64,000 nt of DNA from Octopus vulgaris (GCA_951406725.2 OX597818.1:101990001-102054000), one strand, 5' to 3'; shown: positions 1-13,744, counted from the first letter of the stretch. Numbers and translations: made by a program. Notes: generated from the sequence alone by a model not told the origin.

Positions 1-299
1 GTAAGCGTAACTTTTGATTCTAAGTCCGAGTGAGAAGATGAATGTTCATTACTAGTGATCACTCCAAACACCATGATGTTGAATGAATCTTTGGTTTTCA
101 ACAGCTTCGGTGCATGTCCTGCGATTGCACAGTCCTCAGATTGACACTCTGAAACGTTGGTACTAGAGCTGTCGACACGAATACCAAATGCCAAGCAGTA
201 CCGCCAGTGCTTCCAAATTTCTGGCAGCAGAGTGAACTGCAAGAATGCACATGCAAGAAATTAGATATTTAAAATGGGGACAATTTACCCATCGCATTG
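1..299 (-). mobile_element. Degenerate, internally deleted Tc1/mariner-superfamily DNA transposon, left end (runs off the window)
   Basis: Minus-strand translation gives FTLLPEIWKH...GIRVDSSSTNVSEC, then KTKDSFNIMVFGVITSN.. and FIFSLGLRIKSYAY, resembling the 'vMVwg.I...G..p..F' segment of Tc1-like transposases. TIR-like end CAATGCGATGGGTAAATTGTC is flanked by TA at 300-301. Confidence 0.6.
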
Positions 300-325
300 T
301 ATGTAAGTATATATTATATACATAA

Positions 326-389
<64 letters not shown>

Positions 390-1903
390 ACAGATTGAAA
401 ATAGAAATGCGATCAGTCATTGTTTTGAAACACTGGCAGACTTCCTGAGGAATACTTCCCAAAAGTAAATTAATTAGCAAGTGATTTAGCAGTGGTCATG
501 AACACCTGGTGTCGCGTTGCGTATTAATAATTCTAACAACGGTAAATTATCAATTGAAAGATAAAGTAGCGAATTTCCCTGAAATACATACATATATTTC
601 ATTCAAAATGAATAGAAAATCTAGAGCACATCATATTCGTCATTAGAAATTATATATGAGTGTGCGTGCGCGTATTCTATTCTAACTACAAATCAATTAT
701 CTTAGTAGATATCTAGATAAGAGTTTTCTTCTTTTATCCTTACTTATTAATTAATTACAACGTATAAAGTAATTCCATTTAGTACTATCACCAATACACA
801 GTATTATTCCAATGATACATATTTTGATGAGAAATTTTGACTAAATATAAAACATTAATTGTTGGTTTTTAATTTATTGATTCTAAGATTGTGGATATTA
901 ATTTCATTTACAAGAAAATTCAAAGAAAAAGAGAAACAATCTAAAGGAAGTAAGAGATTTACGTGTTTCTAACGATTACTCGCATAAATTATTATCTTTG
1001 GTTGGTATGTTAGTAAATTTGAAATATTAGCGACTGCATAGATGAACATTTTCTATATCAAAATGGATATGCGCACTTTTCTTAAGGTGCAACAAAGACT
1101 TTTTTGTAAAAACGATTTTCGATTTCCTAATATCAATATATTAGAAAACCTGAAAACGGTTGAATTAAATATTCTCTTTTTAGTTGTGTATATATATTTT
1201 TTTTTTTATATTTCTAAGGATCCATAAATGATTTTATATTGAAATTATTATTTTTTTTTTATTAATTGTCACAATCAACATAATAATAGAATCAGATTAG
1301 GAAGGGGAATAATGATAAAAAAAAATCCAATATGGAGATGCTTTTAACCTTAAGTGTTAAGATACTACAGAGTTTCACTGTGAAAAAAGAATAAAGCTGT
1401 AAAAATGAAAGAAATACTAAATGGAATTTCAAATGGTGGAACTGAAAACTACAATAACTCTTCGATTAGAAAGTAATGGCCGAATAGAACGCTACTTGAA
1501 ATTATATAAATTATGTTTCACACCATGAAAAGTGGTTGCATGCGAAATAGTTCTTGCTCTAATATTTACCCTTTCCCTTGTAGATTAATAGATATTTTTT
1601 CTTCATTTGACAGCTTTTATTCTTCTTCAAGTTTAGTCGAGGAAATGTCGATTTAGCAAGGCAACACTTAAAAGTGTATCAAGTGTTTAAGTCTTGAGTT
1701 AATGTCGGCAAGATATTGAGAATAGACTAAATGGTTCTTCATAAATAGATTACTACTACTATTATATATATGTAGAAATACACATTTTATATGTGTGAAT
1801 GTCTCTATGTGCTTATACGTTATAAAGTAAATGTGTAATCCCATAGGCATCTGCACACTGGTTGACGTATGCGTGTATGTGTGCATGTGCGTATGAATGT
1901 ATG

Positions 1904-1944
<41 letters not shown>

Positions 1945-1993
1945 TTATATATATATATACATATATATACATACATATATATATATATATATA

Positions 1994-2056
<63 letters not shown>

Positions 2057-2962
2057 CTTTGTGAATGTAAAGACAAGTAGTTTTCCATTTTTAAGGGTAT
2101 TTTCTTTCCTGAGACGCGTTGTGCGGGAAGGTGATTTCGTAATTGTTCAAATTGTCTCTATGATTGACAGGTTGTCTTAAATTCCCTACTTAGCCGAAAC
2201 AATCCCATTGAGTTGATATGTATCCTTCAGCGAAAAGAATTGTCAATGAGACAACTCGTGCGAGTTTTAATAATTATTTTAAAACGACCGTCTTACCCAA
2301 TATGTATTACACATTATTTTCCAATCACGCAAAATTTAGTGGTTTTATGCTGTTATATTCCTTGCTAAAATGTTATTTCTATGTTTATTTATGATAATTA
2401 TTTAATAATGCTCTTGTTGTTGTTACAATTGCTGTTGATATTATTTCGACGAAAAACTACATAAACATGACAAAAATTAATTTTATTTATTTTCAAATTG
2501 TTGTTAATGAAGTTACTGTATTTGTTTACTAAATACAGATGACAGAATCAATAATGCATCAAAGAATATGTTTTTCAGTGATGGCTTTTACCATCCAAAG
2601 TTTCAGTTCAAATTTTAGTTCAATTTTAACTTTCATCAATCTGCGTTCGATAAAATAAATGCTAACATACTAATATTGATCCAATTGATTATCATCATTC
2701 CTATTAAAGCTAATAGGTTTTGATCAAGAACCAATTATCTTTGTAAATAAAGTAGGAAGCTTGAATTATTATGATAATATATGTTTCCTAAAACAATTGT
2801 TCCAGCAGCATCTGCGAGCATCCACGTAATTGTATTACACATTTTCATGTTGATTTCAGTTCCGAATTCAATCATAATTCGTTCAATAAATAAATTATAA
2901 AGGTTCACAAGAAAAGCACGATCAACACGACACACGCTATTATGCCTTAATTATCCTGTGAC

Positions 2963-3457
2963 CCCCTTCGGTCATGACTGACCGTGGGATTGCACCTAGA
3001 TAGTTACCCTCCGAGGCACAAGTCTGGGCAAGGTTATTTATCGAAGACCAGCAGTCGCCCACGCATACGAGCCTCTCCTCTCCTCTCCACGCCACCGATG
3101 TTATCCAAGGGAGAGGCAAAGGCCGATACAGCTTGGCAACAATGACGTCGCAGCTCATGTATTAACGCGCAAGTGGCTAGCACTTCACAGACACGTGTAC
3201 CCTTAATGTAGTTCTCGGGGAGATTCAGTGTGACACAGAGTGTGACAAGGCTGGCCCTTTGGAATATATGTACAACAGAAACAGGAAGAAAGAGTGAGAG
3301 AAAGTTGTGGCGAAAGAGTACAGCAGGGGTCACCACCACCCCCAGCCGAAGCCTCGTGGAGCTTTTAGGTGTTTTCGCTCATGCCCGATCTGGGAATCAA
3401 AAATGCAATCTTACGACCGCGAGTCCTCTGCCCTAACTACTGGGCCATTGCGCTTCC
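2963..3457 (-). mobile_element. tRNA-derived SINE, family S1, with a long 3' tail
   Basis: Minus-strand head GGAAGCGCAATGGCCCAGTAGTTAGGGCAG...TTTTGATTCCCAG has pol III A/B-box-like motifs. Body is shared with the copies at 6831, 24284, 35587 and 51521. Confidence 0.8.
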
Positions 3458-4724
3458 ACTAATTATCATGTACTGCACTTTATTGAATTCTATCATTATA
3501 TGCGAAGTGTTTAAATTTAACAATATATCACTGCCAAATTCATTGCTACTCCTCCTTGTATACTTTATTATAAGTCATTGTCTAATGGAAACATTTTAAC
3601 ATTGAAGCTTTATACAATACGAACACCGTATTTGAAATAAGACAGACCGTTAAAACATCCTGAATACATTTCTTTCTTTGTTGGAGAAAGTATCTATGAC
3701 ATACAGAATACATGTTGCTACAACAAAGGTCATAACATATCAATACATATCTTTAACAGATTCTTTTCAATATGCAAATACAAATGTGAAACAAATATTA
3801 GTAAATCACTCCCATTATAAATGACCTTGGGCGAACCAATAATTGCAGAAGTATGCGTGTTCTCTATATAGGCATCTAATTTGAATAAGAAAAGCTTAAT
3901 CAATAGTAGCAATTAAAGTATGGTGCAGAGTGATCAGTAATGATAGAATACCCCACTTAAAACATATGTAGTAATATTTTGTAGTACATATTTACTGATA
4001 TTTTACAGTGACTTTCGAATAAATATATTCGTAACTATGATTAGGATAATTGTGAAATACAATGTTTTCTTGTGTTCTGATGTAAATACAATGTGTTTGT
4101 ATTAGTGTTTTTTGCTTGTAAGTCTGTTTACATTTACTCGTATGTATGTACTGTGATAAGATAAATGAAGTAAAAGGAAATAAAATGCTTGCGAGGTTGT
4201 ACAGTTGTCGGAGATAGTGATATATAATGATGCAGAAAAAACTAAGAATATATGCTATACATTTTTCATACTTATGTTCTATATGTCAAATCATAAGATT
4301 ATTTGACAATGTATGGACGAGTACGAAAAAAATATTTTTCATTAAAAAATCAAAACATATGAATGTTTACCACGAAGTCATTCAGAATATACCTAACCTA
4401 CACAATGAGGTTAGAATAAATTTATCTACGAGAAAACATAACGAATAGTAACTCTGTGCATTGGAAAAACATAAGAACGATAGTAACAGTCGTCAAACTG
4501 AATCGTGGACTCAAGCAATATTCACGCAACTCTCAACAATGCACAGTTAAGGCATTATAGTATCAAAGTAAAATGTCATTCATACACATGCACAAAGAAG
4601 TGTAAAACAAACAGAGTAATTCAAATAATCCATATCACTAAACAATATTAGGTTTCAGAACATCGTATGGTCCATCATTCTACACTATTAGTAAACCACT
4701 TGAGACATATGTTTTTAATATTAT

Positions 4725-4825
4725 TATTTCTTTACTGCCCACAAGGGGCTAAACATAGAGTGGGCAAGCAAGGACAGATAAAGGGATTATATCAATTACA
4801 TCGACCCCACTGCGTAACTGGTACT
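4725..4825 (-). mobile_element. SINE family S3, 3' fragment
   Basis: Reverse complement matches the 3' half of the copies at 38632 and 59236 (gtaccagttacgca.tggggtcgat...ttagccccttgtgggcagtaaag). Confidence 0.7.
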
Positions 4826-5804
4826 CTAAACTTGTTTATGTTTCGGGATCTACACCATCATGTGAAGAAATTCCAATGCAACCATGGTGTTCATTTCAGT
4901 TTTGAGGATTTACTCAATTTACAAAAACGATGGGCTTTTCATATCACAAATTATAACTCAGCAAACATCTGTTAAATTCTATTTGCAAAAACACTGACGC
5001 TGTTTTGCAAGTTAAATGTATACACGCTGCCGTTTACCTGGCTATAATTATTATAGTGAAGTTTCGATTCGCACAACGTTGAGCAGTGTCATGGTTTAAT
5101 AAAATCGTGATAAGTAACATATCCCCAGCATGAATATGACATTTTACATAACTTTACCTCCATTCGTAGTCTCTGTTTACCATCATATTGAATTCATGAT
5201 AACATCGCTTTGAAGTGCATCGCAGTAATTTAAGTAAACAAGCACAGAAGTACACGACATAATTCACCGTTCAAATTTGAAATATTACATTGCAAATGAC
5301 TTCTTTAATTAAATCTCTCATCATTTTCCAGCGAAAACAGAAAACATAAAACATTTAAGAGAAATATTCTAATGGATATTCAGCATGCGGGATCTTCCCG
5401 CATTCCATCAGAAGTGACATTGTTAAACGGTTAGCTAACGGAATTATCTCAAATTAAATTCCAACAATTCGCACCATTATGCCAATCATGGTAATTACCC
5501 ACTTGATCTTAATTGGATTGCGAAATTTGTTGAATACTCAGTTAAAGTACAAATGTGTCATACCTACAGCAACAAAACATTACCACCGTTTGCTGAGTGA
5601 GCACAATAACATTTTTAAGGAGAAGTGATTATAACAGTAAAAACGAATAACACTTGACAAAACTGTGTGAGGATAAATGAAAGAGCGACGTGAAATATCT
5701 GTTGAAAAAGAAGCAAAAAGTATATTTATCAGGAGAGAAAATCCATAGAGCATTTTCTTATCACTGATATTCTTTCTAAACTACTTATAGATAAGTTGCG
5801 ACTC

Positions 5805-5957
5805 GTAACTTGGCGTTTCGGCAAAAGCACCCGATAGAATAAGTACTAGGCATCCAAACAATAAGTCCGGGGGTCGATTTGCTCGACTAAAGGCGGTGCT
5901 CCAGCATGGTCACAGTCAAATGACTGAAACTGGTAAAAGAATAAAAAGAGTAAAGAG
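5805..5957 (+). mobile_element. SINE family S2, 3' half
   Basis: ttcggcaaaag..ccgatagaataagtactagg...ggtcgatttgctcgactaaaggcggtgctccagcatgg matches the 57737 copy. Confidence 0.75.
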
Positions 5958-6484
5958 CATATCAGCTAAAAGCCACAAAATCGCTTAATACTGCACATAT
6001 ATTTTATATATAGATTCCAGGACCTAGGGCATATTCTTCGTGCGCATTTTAGCGCAATATTTTATCATCCCTGGACACTGAAATCTCGGACATGTTTTTC
6101 TCATTACGCCCTTACGCAACCTGTGGATTCGTATAAAGAATATTACAACATGCGGTATGTTACATTCATAAAACTAAATATGTAACTACATCAGTCTAAT
6201 ATCCAAAAGAATATCGGTCCAGGTTACCCAACTAAGGCTTCTCTTTTGAGCAGCTAAGTATAATCTCCTACAGCAATCAAGAGGCACTATGTGTATACTA
6301 TATAAATACGCTCACACGCACACACACGTATATATATATATATATTACACAACGAACTCGAATCCACAAGATTAAACAAGAGAGACAGAGCCAAGCAGTA
6401 ACAAGGTAAATGCCCCTGTATTTGAATGCTATGCAAATATTTTTTCTAAAGCTTGTCTCTTAATTTTTCATATATATTCGTATA

Positions 6485-6559
<75 letters not shown>

Positions 6560-6568
<9 letters not shown>

Positions 6569-6779
6569 ACCTCGTGAGTACCGTTGGCGATTTTTTTTCC
6601 TCTGTATTCCCTTCTCGGGATCTTTCATTCTCCTATGTTTCCGACGAAGAGCTCCGCTCGAAACGTTAAACCCTCCTTCTTCCCTTCTTTCCTGAGCGTC
6701 CAATACTTTATTTGTTCCACGTCCTTGCGTTGTTGTGTTTTTTTTTTTTTGTTTTTTGTGTTTCCTTGTTTGGATTAAC

Positions 6780-6780
<1 letters not shown>
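6560..6780 (+). mobile_element. Non-coding PLE-pLTR/retrozyme-like element inserted in (TA)n
   Basis: Flanked on both sides by (TA)n. Contains a minimal HHR. Related to 62360-62530 (shared agagc..gctcgaaa and ttcctgagcgt). Confidence 0.65.
6637..6671 (+). ncRNA. Minimal type I hammerhead ribozyme motif (U4C variant)
   Basis: GUUU|CCGACGA|A|GAGC-UCC-GCUC|GAA|ACGU|U^AAAC. Stem I GUUU/AAAC, 4-bp stem II, palindromic ACGU stem III. Confidence 0.65.
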
Positions 6781-6830
<50 letters not shown>

Positions 6831-6835
<5 letters not shown>

Positions 6836-7103
6836 CAATGGCCAAGGCGTTGGGGTAGCGGACTCGTGGTCGTAGGATCACGGTTTTGATTCCCAGACCG
6901 GGCGTTGTGAGTGTTTATTGAGCGAAAACACCTAAAAGCTCCACGAGGCTCCGGCAGGGGGGGGGGGTGATCCCTGCTGCACTCTTTTACCACTCTCTCT
7001 ACCACTCTTTCTTCTGTTGGCCTTCTCGCTTAGCGAGCAGGGTGGCGTCATTCGAAGGCATTGTGACCAGCGATGTGTAACAACATCTGATGGTCTGGTC
7101 GGT

Positions 7104-7111
<8 letters not shown>
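6831..7111 (+). mobile_element. tRNA-derived SINE S1 with an RTE-derived 3' tail
   Basis: Head GGCGCAATGGCCAAGGCGTTGGGG...GGTTTTGATTCCCAGACCGGGC. The tail at 7063-7111 aligns with the RTE LINE 3' end at 44587-44640. Confidence 0.8.
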
Positions 7112-7142
<31 letters not shown>

Positions 7143-8100
7143 TATGAGGATTGTGTGTGGTTAATTAAGGGGCAAATAGAAAGCGGTAATCTTTGTCAAG
7201 AGCCTAAAGAATTTAAGAATTCAGAGACCCGAAAAGCAACGATATTCAACTAATGCTTTGATCTTATAAAATCAAAACTAGATGATTCAAGAAATATTAA
7301 TTTAAACGAGGAAGTATTTCAAAAATCACCAGCTGCTGGCAACCAATTGCTGAAAAACAGCTGTCCGAAAATGCAATCATCGTCGTCGAAAATTATATGA
7401 TGCAGAGTCTGTTGCTGAAGTTTACTACGTTTGTGTCATCACTTCCTCTTAAGGAAGTTATTTAATCTAAATGATGTCCATTCTTACAAACGTATTGCAT
7501 TTAACTATTCTGAATCAGAAACGTATTACATTATACAACACATATTTCATGGAAAGCACATCTCTAAAGTACATGTAATATATAGTCAGAAGACTGAAAA
7601 TAATTATTTCTGCTCTAGGTACAAGGCCTTGAAAATCTGGGGTGATGGGTGCTAGTCGATAACACCGAACCCAATACATAACTGGCACTTTTTTCATCGA
7701 CTCCTAAACGATGAAATGCAAAGTTGACCTCTGTATCGCATTAGGTCCTATTGCATTTACATAAATTGTATATAGTTTTATACATATTTCTATAATTTAT
7801 AAAGATTTAACAAGTTTACAAGAAACGCCATAAAGAGATATTTGTATGTATAAACAGCTAAATCACTCGTCTCTTTCGCAACATAGGCACACAGATATTG
7901 ATGCTATCTGTAACAATTCATGGCAAATGAAAATACGTTATGACCTGGAGAATGTAATGCTATTTTAATCAGGACAATAATAATGGACCTTACCTTTCAT
8001 CAATTCAGGGTCGATAAATTAAGTACAAGTTTGGTACCGGGGTCGATGTGATCGACTGTCATCCTCTTACAACATCCAGGCCATTTGTTTATATCAGAAA

Positions 8101-11100
8101 TTATCATTATTATCATTATTATTAATATTAATACATAAATTTTAAAAAAAAAGGTTTGTTTTAAACCTTGGGATTACATAGAGAGTATTTTGCGTAGGAT
8201 ATGAGCAGTTCCCATGAGCACTATCTTTTGAATTTCTGCCATTTTGTGGTTTCCTGGTATCTGCGTTAGGTAGCAATCAGCCCCTTTCGCTATCATTCCC
8301 AGGGCACCTATGACAACAGGTATTGTTTTAGTCTTCAGGTTTCTTCTTTCTATTTCAAGATCTTTATATTTGCTCAGTTTTTAGTAGGTCTTGACAGATA
8401 CGTTTATATCGATTGGGACTGTCATATCAATGAGGAGGCATGTTCTTTGTCTGAAGTCTTTCAATATGATGTCTGGCCTATTTGCATCTATCTCTCTGTC
8501 AGTTTGAATGGTGAAGTTCCAGAGGAGTGAGATGTGGTCATTTTCAAGCACTGGAGGTGGATTGTGTTCCCACCAGTTTTTTCATGGGGCAAATCCAGGT
8601 TTTTGCAAATTACCCAGTGAATATATTGTGCAGCTCTATTATGCCTGTTGAGGTACTCTGTAGGCGCTAGAAGACTGCATTTGGAGACAACATGATCAAT
8701 GGTTTCATTTTGTTGTCGGCATACACGACATGTTGGGCTACTGCCGTTCTGTAATATGTTGGCCTGGTAGTTTCTTGTTGGTAAGCATTGATCTTGAGCT
8801 GCTATGATAAACCCTTCTGTTTCAGATTTTAAGCCAGAGGCCATTAGCCATTGATGGGTCAGGGCTTTGTCAATATCTGCATTATTCGCTCTCTTTGGGT
8901 ATTTGCCATAGAGAGGTTTTTCTTGGCATTTATTATTCAGAATATCTAAGGCCGCAGTTTTGGAACGGGTTTTCATGCGCTTAGCTTTTTCTGTGCTTGT
9001 TTCTTGTATGTCTATCTCTAATTCCGAAATTTGTTGTATTCGGAATTCACTTAGATATTCCTTTGCCTGTTTTGTTACTGAGTATGATGCTTTCTTGTTT
9101 TCATGTTTTGAGACAAGTTTTAACTTCCAGTCCTCAGAGTTTTTCAGGTAGGTGTCTAGGCCAATTGTAGCAATCTTCATTGTTATTGCCAGTTTCAAAA
9201 GACCACGGCCTCCCTCTTTTCTTGGTAGATAAAGTCGTTCTGTATCTGCCTTAGGATGGTGCATTCTATGCATTGTCAACAGTTTTCTCATTTTTCTGTC
9301 GAGCTGACATATTTCAGTAATTGACCAGTTAACGATATTGAAACTGTAAGTCACGACTGGTATAGCTAATGCATTGATCGCTTCGATCCTGTTTCTTGCA
9401 TTCAGCTCTGTCTTGAGTATTGCTCTCACTCTTCGGTAACATTCTCTCCTGTTCCTTTCCTTCATCTCTGAATGCCTTATTCCGTTCCCTTCAATTACCC
9501 CTAGGTACTTGTAGCTCTCCGCTGGGTCTAGCTCTTTTATGACATTCTGCTGGTCAAGGTTAACGTTAGATGTTTCTGTCATTTTTCCTTTGATAAAGGT
9601 AGCTTTTGCACATTTATCGAGGACGAATTGCATTCTGATGTCGTCACTGAATTGTTTGGCTATCGCTAGTAAGCCCTGGAGTTGTTGCTCATTTTTTGCA
9701 AAAAGCTTTAAATCATCCATATAAATGAGATGATTTATATTTTTATCAAACATTTTATACCCGTACTGCGCGTCATTGAGCAGTTTTGAGAGAGGTATTA
9801 AGGCTAAACAAAAGAGGAGTGGTGACAGTGAGTCACCCTGGAAAATGCCACACGAAATTTTTACATCACCAGCATTTAGGGATTCATTGTCACTGTTCAG
9901 AGTTAGTGTGGTTCTACATGATCTCATACTTACAGTCAAAAAGTTTCGCAGAGTAGGTGCTATCTTATACATTTCCAGGCATTTCCTAATCCAGCTATGT
10001 GGTAGGCTATCAAAAGACTTTTTATTGTCTATCCAGGCTATTGATAAGTTTGTGCGTCGTTTGTGACAATCTTCTAAGATCATCTTATTGATGACTAGTT
10101 GACCTTTATAGCCGTAGGATCCACGTTTACATCCTTTCTGTACATTAGGGAATATGCTGCTGTCTGTTAACAAACTATAAGTATATTCCGTCAGGACAGA
10201 TGTTAGCGTTTTATACATAGTTGTTAAGCAGGTTATGAGTCTATAGTTTTTTGGTTCATTTGTTCCTTCACTTTTTGGAAGCAGGAATGTTAACCCATTA
10301 ACTAGCCAAGTAGGCATCCTACTAGGGAGTTGCAAAACATCATTGTACACTTCTGTTAACCGTTCATGGCTCTCCGGGAAGGCATTCAGCCAGAAGATAG
10401 AAATGTTATCCTTTGCTGGAGACTTCCATTTGCTTGACCTCCTGAGAGCAGATCTTATATCTTCTACGTTGACACCCTCCCACTTTTGCTCTTCTAAGGT
10501 GTCCTGTTCTGTAGATATTCTGTCAATCCAGGGGGCCTTTTCATTGTGTGTTTTTTCTTCTGCCCAAATTTTATTCCAAAATCCCTGCACTTCTTTTTGA
10601 TGGTACAGACCTTGCAGTAAACGCTATTTTTCCTATCTTCCTGTAAACATTCTTGGGGTTATTTTTGAACATGTTGTTGTCCTTGAAAAATCTAACACCC
10701 TTTTCATACATCGCTATGCGGGCAGCTTCGGCAGATACTTTTTGTTTGATGGTTTCTATGGTGACATCAATATCAAGTATAGTTTTCATATTGTACTTTT
10801 TCAGTAATTTGGGGGTTTTTGCAGGTTTGGTAGTCTTGTGAACCTTAAGGTTTTTCAAATATTCACTATCAGATCTAAATAGTTTAATTTGTTGTTGCAA
10901 ACGCTCTTGCCAAGAAGGTTTTTCGTGGGAATGTTGCCGTTTTCTAATCTTTACACCACATAGGATCGTTGAGATTTTCGTGGATGCATAGTATAGGTGG
11001 TTGAGATTTGTGGTATCAACATCATTAGCTGAAATTATATCCTTAAGTGCAAGCCGGAGTTTACGAATTATTTTAATGTTTTGGTTAGATTTGCGGATTT

Positions 11101-11970
11101 TAGGGTGTGTATCACGTCATCCATGCTGGTTTCTTTAATTTTCAGCAATTCAATCATGATTTGATTTTTTTTAGCTCATGTAGTTCTGTTGGGTCAATAT
11201 CTGTGTGACTTTTTTATCTATTTGATGTTCATCTGTCTTAGTGTTTATGATTGGTTCAGGGAGTATTTCACTTTGCCTATCACTTATACTAACTCTTTCA
11301 ATCCTTACTTCGTTTTTATCCGCCCTGGGCTGGTCTATAATTATTTCCTCTGTATTATCTTCTCTAGCTGCAGCTTCGTTCATTTTATCCGATATTGCTT
11401 GTCTAACTTGATCAATCTCTACTTCAGTCGGTAATTTTTTTTTTTATAATGTTTCTTCTGACGTTGGCAAGTTTGTTACTGTCTACGTAGGGTCTTACTT
11501 CAGAATGTTTCTGTCTCCAGTTTAAGTATGTTTGTACAATGTTAGATTTATCTGTGTGGAAATATATGGCATGGTAGAAGGCCTCAAGAACTTCTTTATT
11601 ATCTTCCCTAGACCATTTTTCCTTCTTTTTCTTTTGATTATTTGGTGACGAGCATGGATGGCCATCTGTTGGAATATTCCGGTTGTTGGGTACGTCCAGC
11701 TCTTGTGTGTTGGAAGGATTTGATCCAGTAGCTGTTTTTGCAATCAGAATTTGGTTCAATTTTCGGGTACGTGGTCTTTTGTAATCCGGGCGACGACCAA
11801 TGCGGTTTATAGTTTGATTTGTTGACGAGCTTCCATTCTTACATTAGGAGATGGATCTGTCAGTTTAGGGTTCTCTACACGTAAGCATTGCTCGTAGCGC
11901 AGCTTCTTAAGGCTAGCAGATCTGTATTCGTCTGTATTTTTTTGTTGATAGTTTTATCTCCGAACATTTT
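8101..11970 (-). mobile_element. Near full-length R4/Dong-type non-LTR retrotransposon (RT + CCHC + REL endonuclease), frameshifted
   Basis: Consecutive minus-strand ORF pieces 11424-11759, 11171-11383, 10571-10900 and 8488-10590. The C-terminal REL region ends ...LMGTAHILRKILSM* at 8174. 3' end abuts a degenerate TTA tract. Confidence 0.9.
8488..10590 (-). pseudogene. Reverse transcriptase ORF segment (700 aa) of the R4/Dong-type element; frameshifted before the REL domain
   Basis: RT motifs NYRLITCL, WIDNKKSFDSLPH, GIFQGDSLSPLLF, YMDD, YKYLG, LYLPRKEGGRGL; zinc knuckle CRVC..ETIDHVVSKC. Confidence 0.9.
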
Positions 11971-12444
11971 TTCTTTTCTTTTTCCATTCTTCCCTCCTTT
12001 TCTTCCTTTTTTCCTCTCTCTTTCCCTCTATCTCCTTCTTCCCCCTTTTCCTTCCTTCTTTTCCCTTCCTCTTTTAAACTTATAAAAGGCTCACTCTGCT
12101 TGTATTATTTCGAAATAATGAGAATAAAATACGGAGAAAGAAAAGAAAAAAAAGAGATCTGTCAGTTATTATTGTTATTACTATCACCATTACCATCATC
12201 ATCACCATCATCATCATCATCAATGATATTGTTTTATGTGTAGTCACAGCCACCATCATCAACACTACTGCCATTGTGTGGGGGAATAATTGGTTAAAGA
12301 GGTCATGTTCTGTGGGTCTATAAATAGATTCAGCAGATGGTGGAGACAAAGGACATTAATGGTCAGTAAAAGGTCAAACCTTTTATTATTATTATTATTG
12401 TTGTTGTTGTTGTTTTTGTTATTATTATTATTATTATGATTATT

Positions 12445-12505
12445 GAGTGAGAGAGCAGCGCATGCCATCAAACTGACACTGGGGTAAAATATGAGAAGCC
12501 CAGGA
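12445..12505 (-). mobile_element. Non-LTR 3'-terminal fragment (tail type B) next to (TTA)n
   Basis: ttgagtgagagagcagcgcatgccatcaaactgacactggggtaaaatat recurs at 12838 and 13546, each time directly after (TTA)n. Confidence 0.65.
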
Positions 12506-12729
12506 TATCGTAGGAGACGCTTGTTGAAGATTCCACGCAGCGGGACCGGATTCAGAACTATGTGGATGGGAAGGAGACTTCTTGCCACACAGCCTCGCCT
12601 GCGCCTATAAACACACACACACACACACACACACACATATCTGTATGTATGTATGTATGTATGTATCTATCTATCTATCTATCTATCAAGTTATCGATCT
12701 ATCGATCTGTTTCCTTTTATCTCTATCTT

Positions 12730-12769
<40 letters not shown>

Positions 12770-12837
12770 ATAATATATTATTATTATTATTATTATAATT
12801 ATTATTATTATCATTATTATTATTACTATTATTATTA

Positions 12838-13500
12838 TTGAGTGAGTGAACAGTGCATGCCATCAAAGTGACACTGGGATAGAATATACAAAGCCCAGTA
12901 TACCCATCATGACTACCCGTCTGACAAGGGTACACCATGCACATGCATCACAGCCATATGTGCGCGACATGGTGATCTCATATCAAGATAAACAGCACAT
13001 GACCTTCCAGGTGGAGCTCAGTTAGAATTTTCTTCTGGTGACCCCTTCTAGCGTTTGCTCATACCACGTCTTGGCACATTGTAGACCGTGATTTCTATAG
13101 TGTTCCCAAAAGATCTCTCCTGACACAATGTCATAGCGTCTCTTGAATTCGCGCCGTGCCATTTGGTAAGGCACATTGTTGGTGAATATTAGGCATTTGC
13201 TAACAATGTGCCATACCTTTTCACGCCTCTCACCACACATAATGCATTTTCGCTATCAAAAGGGCTGTCTATTCTGCACTGCATAAAGCTGGTCTTTAAC
13301 TCTTGTTCCTGAACTACACTTATGAGTGCTTCTATCTCTATTTTCAGGTCACTGGTACCAGTCTTCTGTATCTCTCTTGACGTTCACATCTCTTACAAAC
13401 TGACCGTATATTTTGCTCTCTTTCCATGCTTTTTCTGTTTTTGTTCATTTCTTGTTTAAATTTTTCTTTGGTTACACAATGTTCAGTTTTGATGAAGCCG
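12838..13500 (-). mobile_element. R4/Dong-type fragment: zinc-knuckle region joined to tail type B
   Basis: ORF 13022-13240 reads CGERREKVWHIVSKC...RRYDIVSGEIFWE...KTWYEQTLEGV. (TTA)n on both sides. Confidence 0.7.
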
Positions 13501-13503
13501 ATC

Positions 13504-13545
<42 letters not shown>

Positions 13546-13547
<2 letters not shown>

Positions 13548-13615
13548 GAGTGAGAGAGCAGTGCATGCCATCAAAGTGTCACAGGAGTAAAATATACGAA
13601 GCCCAGTATACCCAT
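13546..13615 (-). mobile_element. Non-LTR 3'-terminal fragment (tail type B)
   Basis: Third copy of ttgagtgagagagcagtgcatgccatcaaagtg after (TTA)n. Confidence 0.65.
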
Positions 13616-13744
13616 GTAAAACCTGTAAAACATGGTTCACCCGCGCGGTGAGAGCCTTCAGCAAAGATACAACAAAGCGCAACACGACTTACGTCAACAG
13701 GAAAAAAAAAATGACACAACACTATCAAAAATACCACACCGACT

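Noticed and set aside
394-5430. Isolated splice-like exon candidates (394-464 +, ~3820-3875 -, 5332-5429 +)
   Set aside because: Weak donors, inconsistent strands and no recognisable protein; expected by chance in AT-rich DNA.
8960-10841. Plus-strand ORFs overlapping the RT
   Set aside because: Antisense shadows of the LINE ORF with no motifs.
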